A stretch of 63,574 nt of DNA, counting the filler, from Lenisia limosa (lineage: Eukaryota; Protista; Breviatea): the NCBI GenBank assembly GCA_001655205.1. It is 10 parts of 10 records of this genome, joined end to end, with 100 filler letters (N's around TTAATTAATTAA, not from the genome) between each part and the next. Parts side by side here need not be neighbours in the genome. Positions count along the whole stretch, not along the records: positions 1 to 24,100 come from LPNZ01003357.1; 9 more parts are not named here. One strand, 5' to 3'. A model generated the notes under the pieces. That model was not told the origin of the DNA. It saw nothing but the letters and a program-made list of their open reading frames with translations, and did no database searches. Below, piece by piece: positions 1-13,800 of the stretch. The position numbers and the translations under genes were made by a program. Every line of letters starts with the position of its first letter. Position 1 is the first letter of the stretch.

Positions 1-2620
1 CATAGTTGGGGCTCGTCCGGCAGTCTTATTGAGAACTGAATCGGGTCAGAGAATGAATGAAAAGATAAGATATTCAACGGAAGAAAAAACAAATCTTCTC
101 AAACCATGCAGCCAAAGCAGACATATGGTATCTCTCACGATATTTAGTATAACAATGATATTTTCTTGCCCCCATACCTGGTTTCCTGGGTGGAGACTGG
201 AAGGACAAAGATGGCACGGCGCCAGAGAGAGCCAGGGCAGCAATGCGGGCTTTTCTATTGGCTTTTGCTGGCTAAAGTCGTGATGAAGGGCAGTGGTTAA
301 ATCCAAGCGGTTGCAATCAGGTTTCGGAAAAAAAGGAATCTAATAACAATTGTATTTATTGTATGTAGTTTTCCTCTACACAGCGATTCTTGAAGCACCA
401 TACACATACATATATAGTATATATATATGTAATATCTGATATGTCATATGTAATAATGAGGACTTTACTTCAGTTCAAAAAGAAACAGAATTTCTTGATA
501 AAGCATCGAAAACTATCAAATTTTTACGGGTATTTTTTTGGAACAAGGTGAAAACCAAGTATTAATATTGAATAAAATGCTGCCACAAACATCGTCTTTC
601 TCAGATGCTTCTGGTGCCATTGCGACTTGAGCCTACAAGGTGAGAATGCGGCTTGATAGACTAAACTTGGAAGCTTGAATAGGAATTGCAACATCACACC
701 TCTTTGATATTATTAAGAAAAATTACATTGATAAGGTTTATCTTATCAACGCATCCATCTAGAAATACAAAAACAAACGAATTTACTAGGGCTCCGCGCA
801 ATAATTTATTAGTTGCGAGAATGTGAATTGAGACCTATTGTCATGGTTCCATTGCAGACACTTTCATTTCAAATTTTGAAATTAATTTCTTCAAAAAATT
901 AATTGCACAATGTTGTAGAATTTACGAACATCTTATTGCAAGTTCTTTCCCCCACCTTGGATTTCTGAAGGGCTTCCCTCCTAGCTTTCAACCGATCCTT
1001 CAAAGCCGATACCTGGTTCTCATTAGAAGGATAAACAGCCGACCCTGTCCTTAAAAATTCATACCCACCTCTCCCCCATGATAAAAAAACCACAACCCAC
1101 CAGCATGACTTTCTTTGCCGGCGGTTCAGGTTTAACCGGTTGCGGTGCTAATGACGGCAGGGGGGCTGGAACAACTGGGGTTTGCGTCTATTTTGTCTTA
1201 TTTGTTGCGTGTAATACATATTAGTATTATAGGACTTATCAAACTCTATAATGTTTATGTGTTAAAATAGTCCCAGTTATTTCCATTGAGTCGAGTTGCT
1301 CTTTAGAGAATCTTTGATGTAGCATCTTGAAAATATTGTCATGTCTCTTGTAGTTTATGACCGAATCGAGGAGTGAAATAGCATACTGAGGTTTCTTGGG
1401 GGGTGGCCTCGTCATCAGAATCCACCACTGCTCTTGCTTTCTTCACAGACAGGACCCTCTGTGGAGGGTCAATGAGTCACGGCTAGGCAGCTTGAAGGTC
1501 TGACTGCCCTCTACCCACCAGGGGTACCAAATGTGTGATAGAAACTGTCAATCTCCACATATGTATACATTTACACATCAGATAATAATACAGTATGAGG
1601 AACGTCAGCCCAGGCAAACCTTGCCGGATTTCTCTTCCTTTTCGGCTAGGTACTGAAGTGCCAAAAGCTCTTCCTCGTCCATTTCGCGAGGTGACGCGGG
1701 TGCCTGGGTTAGTTAAAGTGATACAACAGTCTCCCACACTCGGGATTATTAGGCCTTTTCTCACCATAAGATCTTCTTCTTCATTGTCATCGAGAGGACT
1801 ATCATCCGGCTTGTCGGAAGCTAACGAACTGGACTGCTTCCGATCATCAATATTACGGTAATCGTCCATATCACTGTCACTGTCGTCGAAGCCGAGAGTC
1901 ATGGAGTTGAAAGCGTTGGGTGTGGGTAGGGGGGTCTACAAGGATGAATTCATTTCATCGGACTTATCATGCCGACCAACAATAGGTTGACACTTTCATA
2001 AAAAGAGGTATGTTGCATGAGGTAAATTCACTCGTGCTAATTTAGTAAAACATATATGCAGACAAAAAACATGGTAATATTATTACTTAAATTGTCAAAA
2101 ATACGCCAAAAGTAATATTATTCGTGAATTTATTTTTATGACAGTATGAGAGGATAATGTGTTTCCAACTTACAGTTTTTTGTGTATCTTGATCAATGAT
2201 TGCGTGGGGTGGAGACGAAGGGGGGGATATAATGGATTCGGTAAGTGGGGAAGAAGGGGCTGAGTGGTGGGAAATGGTGCTTTGTTGTTCAGGATCAGCG
2301 GGCTGGGTCATGGGCTGGGTGAGTGTTGGTGGTGTTGGTGTATTTTCTCTGACGTTTATCTCTTCTTCTTCTACCTTCTTCTCTTCTTCTTCAACCTTCT
2401 TCTCATCTTCTTCAACTGTTTCATTCACACGACTATTTGTTATCTCCACGTTCTCCTCCCCACTTGGCTTACTCACGTCACTGTCCTCACCATCTGCCTT
2501 GGTAAAACAGGCATGTTTCACGTCATCATCTTCATCATCGGAGAGAACCGCTGTGAACAGCGCAGCTGCTGATTTTGTCGCTATTGTGGGAACTGCTCGT
2601 TTCCTACCAAATGTTCGCAT
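1..2620 (-). CDS. Multi-exon acidic/Ser-Pro-rich low-complexity protein, 3' end runs off the window; function unknown
   Basis: Stitchable GT-AG exons: MRTFGRKRAV...QDTQKT (2620 down to ~2170), TPLPTPNAFNSMTLGFDDSDSDMDD..., APASPREMDEEELLALQYLAEKEEKSGK, RVLSVKKARAVVDSDDE, TQTPVVPAP...KKVML, VSALKDRLKARREALQKSK, PAKANRKARIAAL... An acceptor just upstream of the ATG suggests further 5' exons (possibly ~2950-3130). Confidence 0.6.
458..558. mobile_element. hAT-type MITE, degenerate copy
   Basis: Degenerate match to the TAGGGCTTCACTTCGGTTCG family; flanks gtaataat / gtattaat (7/8 TSD). Confidence 0.7.
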
Positions 2621-4187
2621 GTGACTTTGCTTCCTGATAGGAAAAATGGTTAAAGTACCAAACACGAAAACAATGATACTGGTAAACAAATAAGGGAGCG
2701 TGGGGGGGGGGGGGGGNNNNNNNNNNNNNNNNNNNNNNNNNNNNNNNNNNNNNNNNNNNNNNNNNNNNNNNNNNNTGTTTCAAGATGTTTCACCTCCCAA
2801 ACTTCTCAATTCAAAGTCCCAGTAGGCCAAATATAATATGATATAAGATAGATGACATAATACAACTTTTATTTGGATATTTCAACCAAAATAATAAATA
2901 TGAAGAAGGTGATGGAGAAAGGGAATTAATATGAATCAAGCAACCATTTACGCATCCAAAAATCAAAGTTCATTTCTACGATGATAGCGGTATTTTCAAC
3001 AATTCAACATCAACAAAGGATGGCAGTCCACACATGGAAGTTTGAGAATTGCACCTAAATCCAATGCCAACCTATAAAGGTCACCAAGAGCAAGTTCTCC
3101 TTCGTTCGGGTCATTATTCCCTTCCATACTGGCTAGAAGAGGAAAGGGGGGAAATTCAGAAAAAACGCGCGCAACTGAGTGTATCTAATCAAAAGTAATC
3201 AAACTTAATCTGTAGTTTTTGACTACCTTTCATCATTTCCATATGCTAATTATATTATTAGTGTTGTTATATATAATATGAATTAGTAGAGCGCTAGAAC
3301 GCACTCAACTAACTGGGGCCCTCCTGTCACCGTTTTTCGTAATAATTTTGATTGTTTCGATTATACCTTAAAATACCTACTCTTGCAACTTACTTGTCAT
3401 TATTATTAATTTAAACTTCTTAAAAAATGAACTAGATTAGCTACCCTTTTTTTCACGCTCTCCCTGGCAGAAATTCGATGACAGATTTTTTCTGTCTTAT
3501 TATGCTCTTCAAATAGGACCAACCAAACTCTGTATCTACTATTCTATTGTTCTGTGTTTTAATTCTAAATCATATTCAAGAATGAATTGCCAAAACAGCG
3601 TTTCAATGTTTTTTGATCAAGTTGGTAGATTTTGTTCTCTATTCGCGATTCTATGCTTGCTTGTGTTTTCTAATATTTCAGCTCCTGAATGAGAATATAG
3701 TCCTGATGAAGGCTTTGCAAACAATGTCGCCGATAAATCCGTCACCTCTGTATATAGTGTAGGCTAGGGGTATAAAAACAAGTTTATTCCCCTAAGTCTA
3801 GGTGTGATGTTTGATGAACTTCTGTAGATTTTCAAACAATCGCAGTTAGCTCTACCATGTACTCCACTCACTGTTTAGGACCCGAGAAAGACTGGAAGCC
3901 AACTTACTCAGGCTTACAATGATTGGTGATGCTTTGAGTTTGACAGAATGATCATGCTACGTTTCTTTCCACAACCCTCTAAAGCGGAGCCAAAGTAACA
4001 AGATAAGGAACAAAACTGTGTGAGTTGATGTATTTTTGAGTTCATTTACTAAATGCATAATATTGAGACAAGTTTGTAAAAGGGTGTACCTGGATTATAG
4101 CTAAGATTGATACTAGTAGTTCCCTTGACACATAATTACAAATGATACATTGATACACACAACTACACACACACATTAGGGGCAAGG

Positions 4188-7100
4188 CTAGCATGACAGG
4201 TAAGTCCTGCCTCCAGCAACCGCGGCATATGTGGGGTGATACTCTTCAAATTGAAGCGTCAGGCCATCTGGGGTACCCTTGAATCGATAAGACGGGAAAT
4301 GCTGGTCGATATTGTGGGTAACTAACCCGCCAGATAAGCCCCTCACCTGCACTGCTAAATCTGCCCCCGCGAGTTTCGAGAGGCGCGCTACGTCGGCGCC
4401 CTCAATGGAGCCCCCAAAAACCCGTGCCTGGGGGAGGGGGGGGGGGNNNNNNNNNNNNNNNNNNNNNNNNNNNNNNNNNNNNNNNNNNNNNNNNNNNNNN
4501 NNNNNNNNNNNNNNNNNNNNNNCAAACTCTGTGGGTGGGGGTGAAGTGAAGAAAACTGCAATGGATAATTGGCGAAAGGGACAAACCACGAAACAGCTTC
4601 GGCCCCCTTTACATAGTAGAGGGTACTTCCTGTTGAAGTCCAAGAACTCATGCTTTGGTCGAAGGAAAAATGCGTCCCATAGGTAACTTGCTACTCAAGT
4701 TAGCTTCAAGATTTTGGTCACTATTTTCAAAAAAAAAACACAGAAATGCGCTCACCGCACTGGGTGATGGTGTTGTCGCCTTGGTGCTGACTTTTGTTTC
4801 TACCTGAAATCGTCAGAACTGACACATATGTAGAATCTGGGTAAGCACTACTAGTTTAACCGTCTAATAGTGGTCGAGGTTGACAAAATAAACTAGAGTG
4901 TGGATTTGTATCATGCTGTCTCAAAAAGGAGTACATTGGAGCAAATATCATTCATTACATTCGCACGAACCCAAATACCCCCCAAAAACCGTATAGCTTC
5001 ACATTATGCAAAAAAAAAACTAAGCCATTTATACTATATCATAACACTTTGCAACAATCTTTAACCTGACATACCAATTCACCATCATAGTAGAACGATA
5101 TGTTGCCACTTGCGTGGTCGCGGGAAAGAACATAGTGCCCAAGGTCTATACGATGTCAAAAACGAAACCGTACAATTAGAGCTTCACTTCGGTTCGAAAG
5201 AAAAAACCCGCTTAAATATCGATAGTTTTCGGGGATATATCGAAAAATTCAGTCTTTTTTCGAACCGAAGTGAAGCCTTAGGCACAATTGATAATTATGA
5301 AAAATAACCAACAAAATGTGAAAACAGTGTCAGGAATTAAAATTGGTCCCCCGAATAATGAGTTGTAAACCTTTTCACTTTTGGTCAGCATTGGTAGCTC
5401 CACACAAACCTGAAGTTGTATTGACGCTGATTTCAGATGCGTAATAGAGGCCGACCATAGTTCCTGCCTAGAATGTGTGATTACTTACACGAAATACAGT
5501 CAATACGTTCCAAAAGGTTATTATAGTTGACTGTTTCACCAAGTCCTGGAACTAGCCCCGGGTACATTGACACCCGTACAGTCACGTCTTAAAATGGCAC
5601 CGTACAAGTCGGATGCATCCAAATTGCCACGAACACCTTTTGGTAAGTAAATTATCTTTTTCAAAGTTACACTGCGATATTTAAGGTTTGTCAGCTTCAA
5701 CACATCATATTCTTGTTAAGGGGTAGGAGATACTACCTCCAATCCAATTATGTTGAATAAAGTAACAAACAAAAATTCAACAACAAAGACAGAAATGGGA
5801 TGAGCATACCAAGAATATGATGATAATTCACTGACTCTGAACAAGGGAGTACGTTAGCGTAGATCTAGACCGTAAACATTCAGTGGCTAACATCCTTTTC
5901 ACTAAAAGGAGCATGACGAGCTCAAAAAATGAATAAAATAAAACTAAGGTAGTATCTTGCCAAAGACGCACATAAAAATAAAACTGTATCCCCTCTCTCC
6001 AACCTCAATCGTCCAAGAGGCAGTGGATGCAAATGACTGTCCAGAGATGCCCCTATAACTGGCACCGAAAACATGCCCCATTTTTTTGACGGAAAACAGG
6101 GAGGATCCACCGCACATTTCAAGAGTTGAACTGCACAACTGAGGAGTGAGCAGGGTTAATGGCACAACTGAGGAGGGAGCAGGGTTAATAGTACGGCAAA
6201 ATATGAAACACAACAACAATAAAAATGAGGATTTATGTTTCACATGGAAAGCACAACAAAGCCAATCGTTCTTAATTCTATCGTGAAGCAAAAAAGAATC
6301 GGGGCAACAGCAAACCAAATCAGGCTGGTCCACAACTTTGGAAAGAAACAAAGAAATATTGATCCAAATGTGTATCCAAATTTGTAATTGCCAACCTTAA
6401 CTCCGATGAGAGTGCACGTGGGTTCAACCGGCACAACCTCGAGGCCTCCGGGCTGCAGTGTCACCTCCACGTCATTGAAGCCAAATCGGCTCACCTGTCG
6501 CGGTTAAAGCAGGTTATTGTTCCAAAACCTGGCTCGGTCGAAGGATAAAAAGAACCGTAAACGAGTGTCACTTGCGTGATTTAGATTTAGTGTGATAAAA
6601 GTNNNNNNNNNNNNNNNNNNNNNNNNNNNNNNNNNNNNNNNNNNNNNNNNNNNNNNNNNNNNNNNNNNNNNNNNNNNNNNNNNNNNNNNNNNNNNNNNNN
6701 NNNNNNNNNNNNNTCGGATATCTGTGTCAATTTTCTACAACTATAGCCTGCTTTAATGTAATATCCATATTTTTCAGTGGTATTGTTGGAAAGAAATAGG
6801 AATTTATTAAATAATCCCCAAAAGGTTGCTTTCGCTTCCTATCTTAACAAAGGCAATGCTGATAACTCTCGACAGATACTAGATAAGCGAAAAATAAAAA
6901 AGTGACAAGGGATTATGTAACTATGGGAGCTTTCTAAAAAAAAAAAATAATGACACACCCGGTTGGCTTACAATAGCAGTGACGGGAGCAGTAAAAGGGG
7001 TTGTGTCAATGGTGACCCGGGCGGTTCCAGAGTAGGCAGTGAAGCTGGTCAATTTGTTGACTGGATCGTCAGTAATACCACAATTGTTATCTGAAAAAAT

Positions 7101-7649
7101 AGTTGATTCCCAATATCAACCCGAATTGAACCAGTAGCATGTTACTAGGTCATCAAAACCCTCTGGTCCTCATTTTGGAAACATATCTCGTACAACTCAA
7201 TCGACCTCTCTCTCCTCAGCCCACACCTTGTTTTAGGTACGCCTAAACATATGAATTGTAAGAAAAAGAGGCAGAGAGTGGACGCAAAAAAAAATCACAT
7301 TAACAGCCTTCCAAGCCGCGTACCAGGCTAACAGGACTGTCGTCACTAACCGGTGGAGCGACCAATGCTGTAAGCTTGGCGTCGGCTGACATTTCAATTG
7401 CATTGGCTGATGTGCTGGCCTGATGAACACGTTTTCATGATAACATCCTGTCCAATTCCATTCAAATAATACAAAATCTAATATCTAATGAAAAGATATC
7501 ATCTCTAACATTGTTCTGAAAACATTTCATTTCGATGATTGGTGTGAGACGCAGAGAGGGATAATTCCCGTTTTACCCTCATACCATATCAAATATAATG
7601 AGAAAAGCGCCGCAAAAAGAGCGAAGAAAGCGTTGGCGGGACCTAGCAT
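4188..7649 (-). CDS. Secreted or membrane-anchored protein with a LamG/concanavalin A-like domain (multi-exon)
   Basis: Hydrophobic N-terminus MLGPANAFFALFAALFSLYLIW. Exons include VSRFGFNDVEVTLQPGGLEVVPVEPTC, ...TASWTIE, DLGHYVLSRDHASGNISFYYDG (LamG-like 'H.V.T.D....V..Y.DG') and LYYARVFGGSIEGADVARL. Some junctions are unresolved. Confidence 0.5.
5177..5280. mobile_element. hAT-type MITE, full-length
   Basis: TAGAGCTTCACTTCGGTTCGAAA...TTTCGAACCGAAGTGAAGCCTTA inverted ends; flanks cgtacaat / ggcacaat (6/8); intronic. Confidence 0.9.
6133..6189. repeat. 29-bp tandem duplication at a 3' splice site
   Basis: gcacaactgaggag(t/g)gagcagggttaat x2, ending at the minus-strand acceptor. Confidence 0.85.
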
Positions 7650-7897
7650 GCTGAATCCACCGAGATGCCGACAACTCTTTCTGAGTAGTTCTTTTCTTCT
7701 TTTCAGTTCTGTATTATTCTTCTTTTCCTCTTTTTTTTTCCTTCTGATTCTGCTGATTCTGCGTTTTCCCCCACAATTAATCTCGAATTGATCAAAGATC
7801 AAATATAAGTTAAAAAAAATCATTCTTTTCATTATTACTGTAAAAGAAAAGATTATATATGACCACGTAAAAAAAGTTATTTCATTAGATTGGAAAG

Positions 7898-10800
7898 ATG
7901 CCGTCAAATTCGGCTTATGAGCCAACAGAGCCCACAGTTATCGATGATGTTGGCCCTATAACCCTCTTCTTCCCCTTATTGACATATATGTGTAGGAACT
8001 GATCAAAGACGCAATAGTTCTCGCCCCTCGTCCGGCCCCTGTTACAGGAGCTTTCCCCCAACCCTCCCATTCCAACAACGCTGTATGCGATGACTATCGA
8101 CAATGACAGGGTGTTATTGATGGGATTATCAGTAAAATATCAATCCCTAAATGTTTTTTAATTTTGTTATACTTTTTGTTTGAATCAGGTTTTCACTGTT
8201 TAGATCACACCTGAGTACTGCGATGTGCTGCAGTTGAGATTCTCTTTTTGCAGTGAGGGTCGTGTTCTTTCCATTCTGTTTCCATCTTTTATTTTTATCA
8301 TTAGGAGGGAAGCAGAAAATACCCAGTGAATTAATTTTAGCATTTATTTCGAAAATGTTAACATTCAGTTTCATTTGATACGTTTCAATATGATAACCGA
8401 AGCTTTGTAGAAACAGCCTTTTATGATTTCTTGTTTCTTCTCATTTCTATCATTTGATCATTTGATACGTTACAATATGATAACCGGAGCTCTGTAGAAA
8501 CAGCCTTTTATGATTTCTTGTTTCTTCTCATTTCTATCATTTGAATTACTTCAGTCCCCACTTGCTTGTATTTACATGGACCGTGGTAAGTCTTGACCAG
8601 AACAATTGATCAGATTTCTCTTTTGTCGGTCAAGACTTACGACGGTCACTCTATATTTAGAGGTGAGAAATAATACAATGTTATATTTGGCGGAAGCCGC
8701 CCACACCATCACGCTTATAAGAAATTGGATTATAGTGTTACCGTAATTTACAGTACCTGGATAAGTCCTGACCGATTTGCTCTATGATTCCCCATCATTC
8801 AATGAGAACATCGGTCAACACTTATCCCGGTCAATGTATATCATATTTGCTGCGTCCATTGCCACCTCGTTTGCTAATGAAACTTACAGACATCCTGAAA
8901 ATCGACCACCTTGAAGGCTTCAAGGCCCTGACCAAGCTCCAACTGGACAACAATGTGGTGGAGAAGATTCAAGGTCTCGACTGCCTTGAGAATCTGACGT
9001 GGCTCGGTTGGGGGGCTTTTATCATCGCTTCTGCCGTANNNNNNNNNNNNNNNNNNNNNNNNNNNNNNNNNNNNNNNNNNNNNNNNNNNNNNNNNNNNNN
9101 NNNNNNNNNNNNNNNNNNNNNNNNNNNNNAAGAGGTTTGGGAGTGAAAGGTAGCGCAAGCTTCATCTCCTACTTGATTACACACCCGTTTGTCATTTCAA
9201 GATAATTACAGTTTACTTTCGCCTGAGTGTTTGTAAAATCATAGCAGTTTCCCTTATATGAGCAAAACATACTGAAAGATTTTACAATCCAGATTTGAGC
9301 TTCAACCAAATTACAAAGATTGAGGGGCTTTCGAGCCTAAAGAAGTTGACTGACCTTTCTTTGGCCGATAATAGAGTGAGAGGTTGAGAGTGGTTTTGCA
9401 TGTGGAATAAGGGATTGGAGTTGTGTACTTTGACCACATCGTTGTTTTGTTGTTTTCAATGTTTCAAATGTTCACGAAACAGTGTAATATTGTGAAATTT
9501 TCTTCTTGACGCCCTCCCAGATCACCCGACTTGAGGGTCTGGACGGTCTTGAAGAACTGAACTGTTTATCGCTAGCCAACAACCAAATTGCTCATTTGGA
9601 CCAGGTGCGCTATCAGTCTCAAATATCGGCAAGATAATCATATAATATGGTGTCAAGCACGCACACATCATCATATAATATGGTGTCAAGCACACACACA
9701 TCGTGGTCGTTTTTATTTGTTTCCCTTGATTTCTAATGTATATAATATTTCTTGCTCAAAAAAATTTATTATGTGCTTTAATGTAATTTTCCAGGTGATG
9801 AACCTCCGTCAATTCAGCAACCTGCGCACTGTGGCATTAGCTGGCAACCCGCTTGCTCAGGACTCAGAGTATCAAAGGTTGGAGGGGGGGGGGGGGNNNN
9901 NNNNNNNNNNNNNNNNNNNNNNNNNNNNNNNNNNNNNNNNNNNNNNNNNNNNNNNNNNNNNNNNNNNNNNNNNNNNNNNNNNNNNNNNNNNNNNNNNNNN
10001 NNNNNNNNNNNNNNNNGGCACTGCTCTCAAAATGGGGCTCTAATCATATGAACTAGAAAGCTGTAAACTCCCCCCCCGATAATATGTGTGGACCGGCTTT
10101 ATCTCTGCTTCGCCTCTAGGGACCGAAAAAGGGACGGTTTTCTAATAATTACAGTATTTTATCGATATACTATACTAGATATATATAATAAACTAGAATT
10201 TTGGCCTCACAATTTTATCTGTCGGCCAACTGCTTTTTTTGTTTCATAATTTTTCCAATTTTGGAGTGATGGGGTGCGGTGCTGCAAGACGATTGGCCTG
10301 AGCTTTGTTTGTTTTGTTGTTACCAACCCTTGTGTGTTGTCAGCCAACGGAGTTGATTTTGGGCTTTTTTATTTCATAAATTTTCCAATTTTACTCCCCC
10401 CCCCCCAGCTATGTGATGGCGCATGTGAAGCGCATTCGTTACCTTGACTTCCGCCTAGTGGATGATGGTGTCCTCTCACACGCCCGCGAGCAGTACCAGG
10501 GTAAGCATGGTGTAAGTGTAGTAATGATCTCTGTTTGTGTATTATATGATATGTACCATGTGGGGTGAATGAATGTTCATTAATTATGTTGGTCTGTGCA
10601 TCTCATGTTTTTTCTTTTTACAAAACTTTACTTCACTGAAAGAGTTGGATAGCATGTCATAGGTTTGGTCAAATACTATTTTCTTTCTTGATGGACACAC
10701 AAAAATCATCCTATACCACAGCATTATAGCATAAATGGACAACCTTAGCCCCTATTCCATGACACCTTCAGATGAGTTGTTGGAACTGGAGGAGCGAGAA

Positions 10801-13800
10801 ATGATTGTGGCGCGGAAGGCGCTGGAGCAAGCAGAGAAAGCAGCAGCCCTCAAGATTCTCGAGAAGGCCAACATCATCGGCGCTTGTGACATTGCCAAGG
10901 TGGTGTTCGAGGCTGATGGCGAAGTTTGGGGGCGGGGTTTTTTTTTTTGGATGTTTTTGGGTATCCGTCCTCCCCTCGCCTCCATATATTTAACCTGTTA
11001 GAACCATCGGATTGTTGCCCTCCCCAACGTTGAAGGGCCTATTAGTGACTACGAGACTAAGACGGAGTCCCTTTACACCGAATACCACGACTACATGCTG
11101 ACTCAGATGCAGGTTCGAGGGGACAATGCCTTGTCTAACAAAGAAGCTTGATTGTCTTTTAACTAATATTAGGGGTTACTTTGCAACCCCTTGTTCTTGT
11201 TCCCAACACAACCACATATTTAGCTATATGGTTATTGGATTTTAGGGCTTCTTTGAGCCGAAGTCCAAGAAAACTTCCCTTCACCCCATAGCTCAAGAAC
11301 GAGGAAACGTCAGCCTTCGAGAAGTGTCTCAGCGAGGCTCGTGCGGCAAACGACGAGTGGGCTATGAAGAAGATCAAGGAGCTCACTCGGGCCAAGAAGG
11401 AGGCAACTGTTCTCATAGAAGAGGATGAGACCGTAGGGGAGGCTATATACGTGTACGTGTTTCTTAGCGAATGTTTTGTTTTTATAATGCTCATTTGGTG
11501 TGATGGTGGAAATGGCTTTTGTCAAAAAGTCTCTATTTTTCTTTCCCATCAATTCTATTTTGGGCTTCATTTCGGTTCGAAAAAGACCGGTAAAATATCG
11601 ATAGTTTTCTTGGATGATTTATCGAGAAATTTTGTGTTTTTTCGAACCGAAGTGAAGCCCTAGTTCTATTACTCTCAAGTAACTAATATATGCATTTACA
11701 GAACAGCAGCACTGACCACCCACCCCCATCCCCAGGTTGACATAGACGAGACAGTCATGGCCCTCCGTGGGCAATGTACGAGCATGGTTGATGAGCTGCT
11801 CGAGGCCGAAACCGTTCTGGTCGACCAGTTCGAAGTGAATGGGGTCAGAAGTCGAGCTTGTCTAAAAATGAGAGAAATGTTTGAATCTACGCATATTTCA
11901 TATCAAATACCACTTTATCCCGCTTTGTTTTATAGAGTACCACTCTAGGCTTGTACTGATGCAGCATTATTACTGATACTAGTTCGGTTGGACCTGCTTA
12001 TGTAGTCATTGTTATCTTCCCTTTTCATGGTATTTAGGATGTCACACGCGAATATGAAAGAAACGTTACTGACATCACAACAGCCTCGTGGGGGAGGGGG
12101 GGGGGAGGGCGCTTAACTTTGTTTTATGAGTACTTAGTTTCAGTTTTTCCATGAGTGGGGTTTCCTAGATGTTGTATTATTTTTATTTATATAGTTCAAC
12201 CTAATAACCTTTCATATTAGAACTGTTTTAATAATACACCTAAATACAGTTTATCTTGACCCCAATAACCGTTCAGATTGGAGGCTATTTCCCAGCTCTT
12301 CACCAAAGTGCGAGATGTTGACACTGCCTTCCATGACACTGTTACCAGGTGGGCTACTTTGTTCGTCTTTATAAGTGTATATATATCAGTTTATCTGTTG
12401 CATCTTGATTCGATTTTTATATGGAGAGGTCTGAATAACACGAGATTTACCTGTTTAGTCTGGCGCTTCAGGCCTGGGAAAACTTCAACAACAATGACCT
12501 TGAAGTTGTGCCCGATGTTTTGCGCTCGGTGAGGAGGGGGTGGTAATCCGATTGGGTCATTTTGAGTACGGATTTTCCCTTGTGATGAGTAAGTTATTTC
12601 TTCAAGCGTTGTGTGCATGTGGTACTGTTAAGTTGCTCATTTTGAAGTGTTGTTTAACAGTTTAGCTCCTTCTCGACAAAGACTCCCTCATTAACGTTGT
12701 CAACGCTTCTCACGATAACCACATCACCCAGATCGACGCTCGAGTAAGAGGGGGGGTTCAAAAAAAAAAATTATATATTTTTTTTTATGGGAGGGGTGGG
12801 GGTGATTGCTGTATTGTTTTTTCTTGACGTGGAGGTGAGAAAATAACTCTTGAGAGAGAGAGGGTGGGGGGTGATTCTAAACTTTACCAATATTTGGGTT
12901 TGTTTTGATTGTTTATTTGTTTCCTGAATTTTCTTTCACCCCCCCCCCTGTAGGAAGATGACGTGACAACACGGGAGCAAGAGTGGCTGGAAAACACCAT
13001 ATCGCAAGTCAAAAATAATGAAATCAAAAGAAATAGAGGTATGTTGCTGGCATCTTTTCCATTGGCTTCTGCTGCTTGTTACTCTCGTTTGATAATCATC
13101 ATATAATATAATACATATAAAAAAATACCCAATTCTCCAAAACGCAAATAGTGGATTGATTACCAAGCAAACTTATGCCTCACTAAGATAATTGATGCAA
13201 AAACCCCTAGTATTAAAAAGATAGCAATGTACAATTGTTAATTTTTGAGTCTGAATAACATCAGGAAAATGCATCTCATATTTCAATGCAGTTTGCGGTG
13301 ACGACTCGGAGTCTGTTAAAGTCATAGCTACCAATGCAGATACGCATTGTTTGCCTTCTTGGCAGCAATTCACACATCCTTCTGTTTTAATATTGTCCAT
13401 GTCAGAGAGAGCAGTGTAGACCTGACTTCGCACAATTTAGACAGGCTGAAACGTGCTTGATTAGCTCCTTTCAGAATTCAACAAAGTCATTGGCTGTTCC
13501 CCCCTTGCTGTCGCCATTGATGTATATATAGGAATAGACCTTTTAGAAATTAAAGAGGAGAGTACACCAACTACCAGTTGGGATTGAAGCCCCCCCCCCC
13601 CNNNNNNNNNNNNNNNNNNNNNNNNNNNNNNNNNNNNNNNNNNNNNNNNNNNNNNNNNNNNNNNNNNNNNNNNNNNNNNNNNNNNNNNNNNNNNNNNNNN
13701 NNNNNNNNNNNNNNNNNCGCTGAAGTGTAAAAACAAAATAAATCGTAGATGAAATCACCTTGGCCAAGAGAGGTTGTTTTACCGACAGTCGCAGCAGATT

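Noticed and set aside
5110-5307. Small ORFs sharing 'LHFGSK...NIDSF...FRTEVKP' peptides (also 11364, 14306, 48231, 51498, 63059) as a protein family
   Set aside because: These are chance translations of the non-coding MITE, with frame-disrupting indels between copies.
7915-8103. Minus-strand ORF MSIVIAYSVVGMGG as a membrane protein start
   Set aside because: It is antisense to DRC3 exons 1-2, which match the known N-terminus.
13440-13545. YINGDSK...KELIKHV as a decayed Mutator-like transposase
   Set aside because: The resemblance is short, the spacing does not fit, and there are no TIRs. The segment is equally explained as an exon of the antisense gene.
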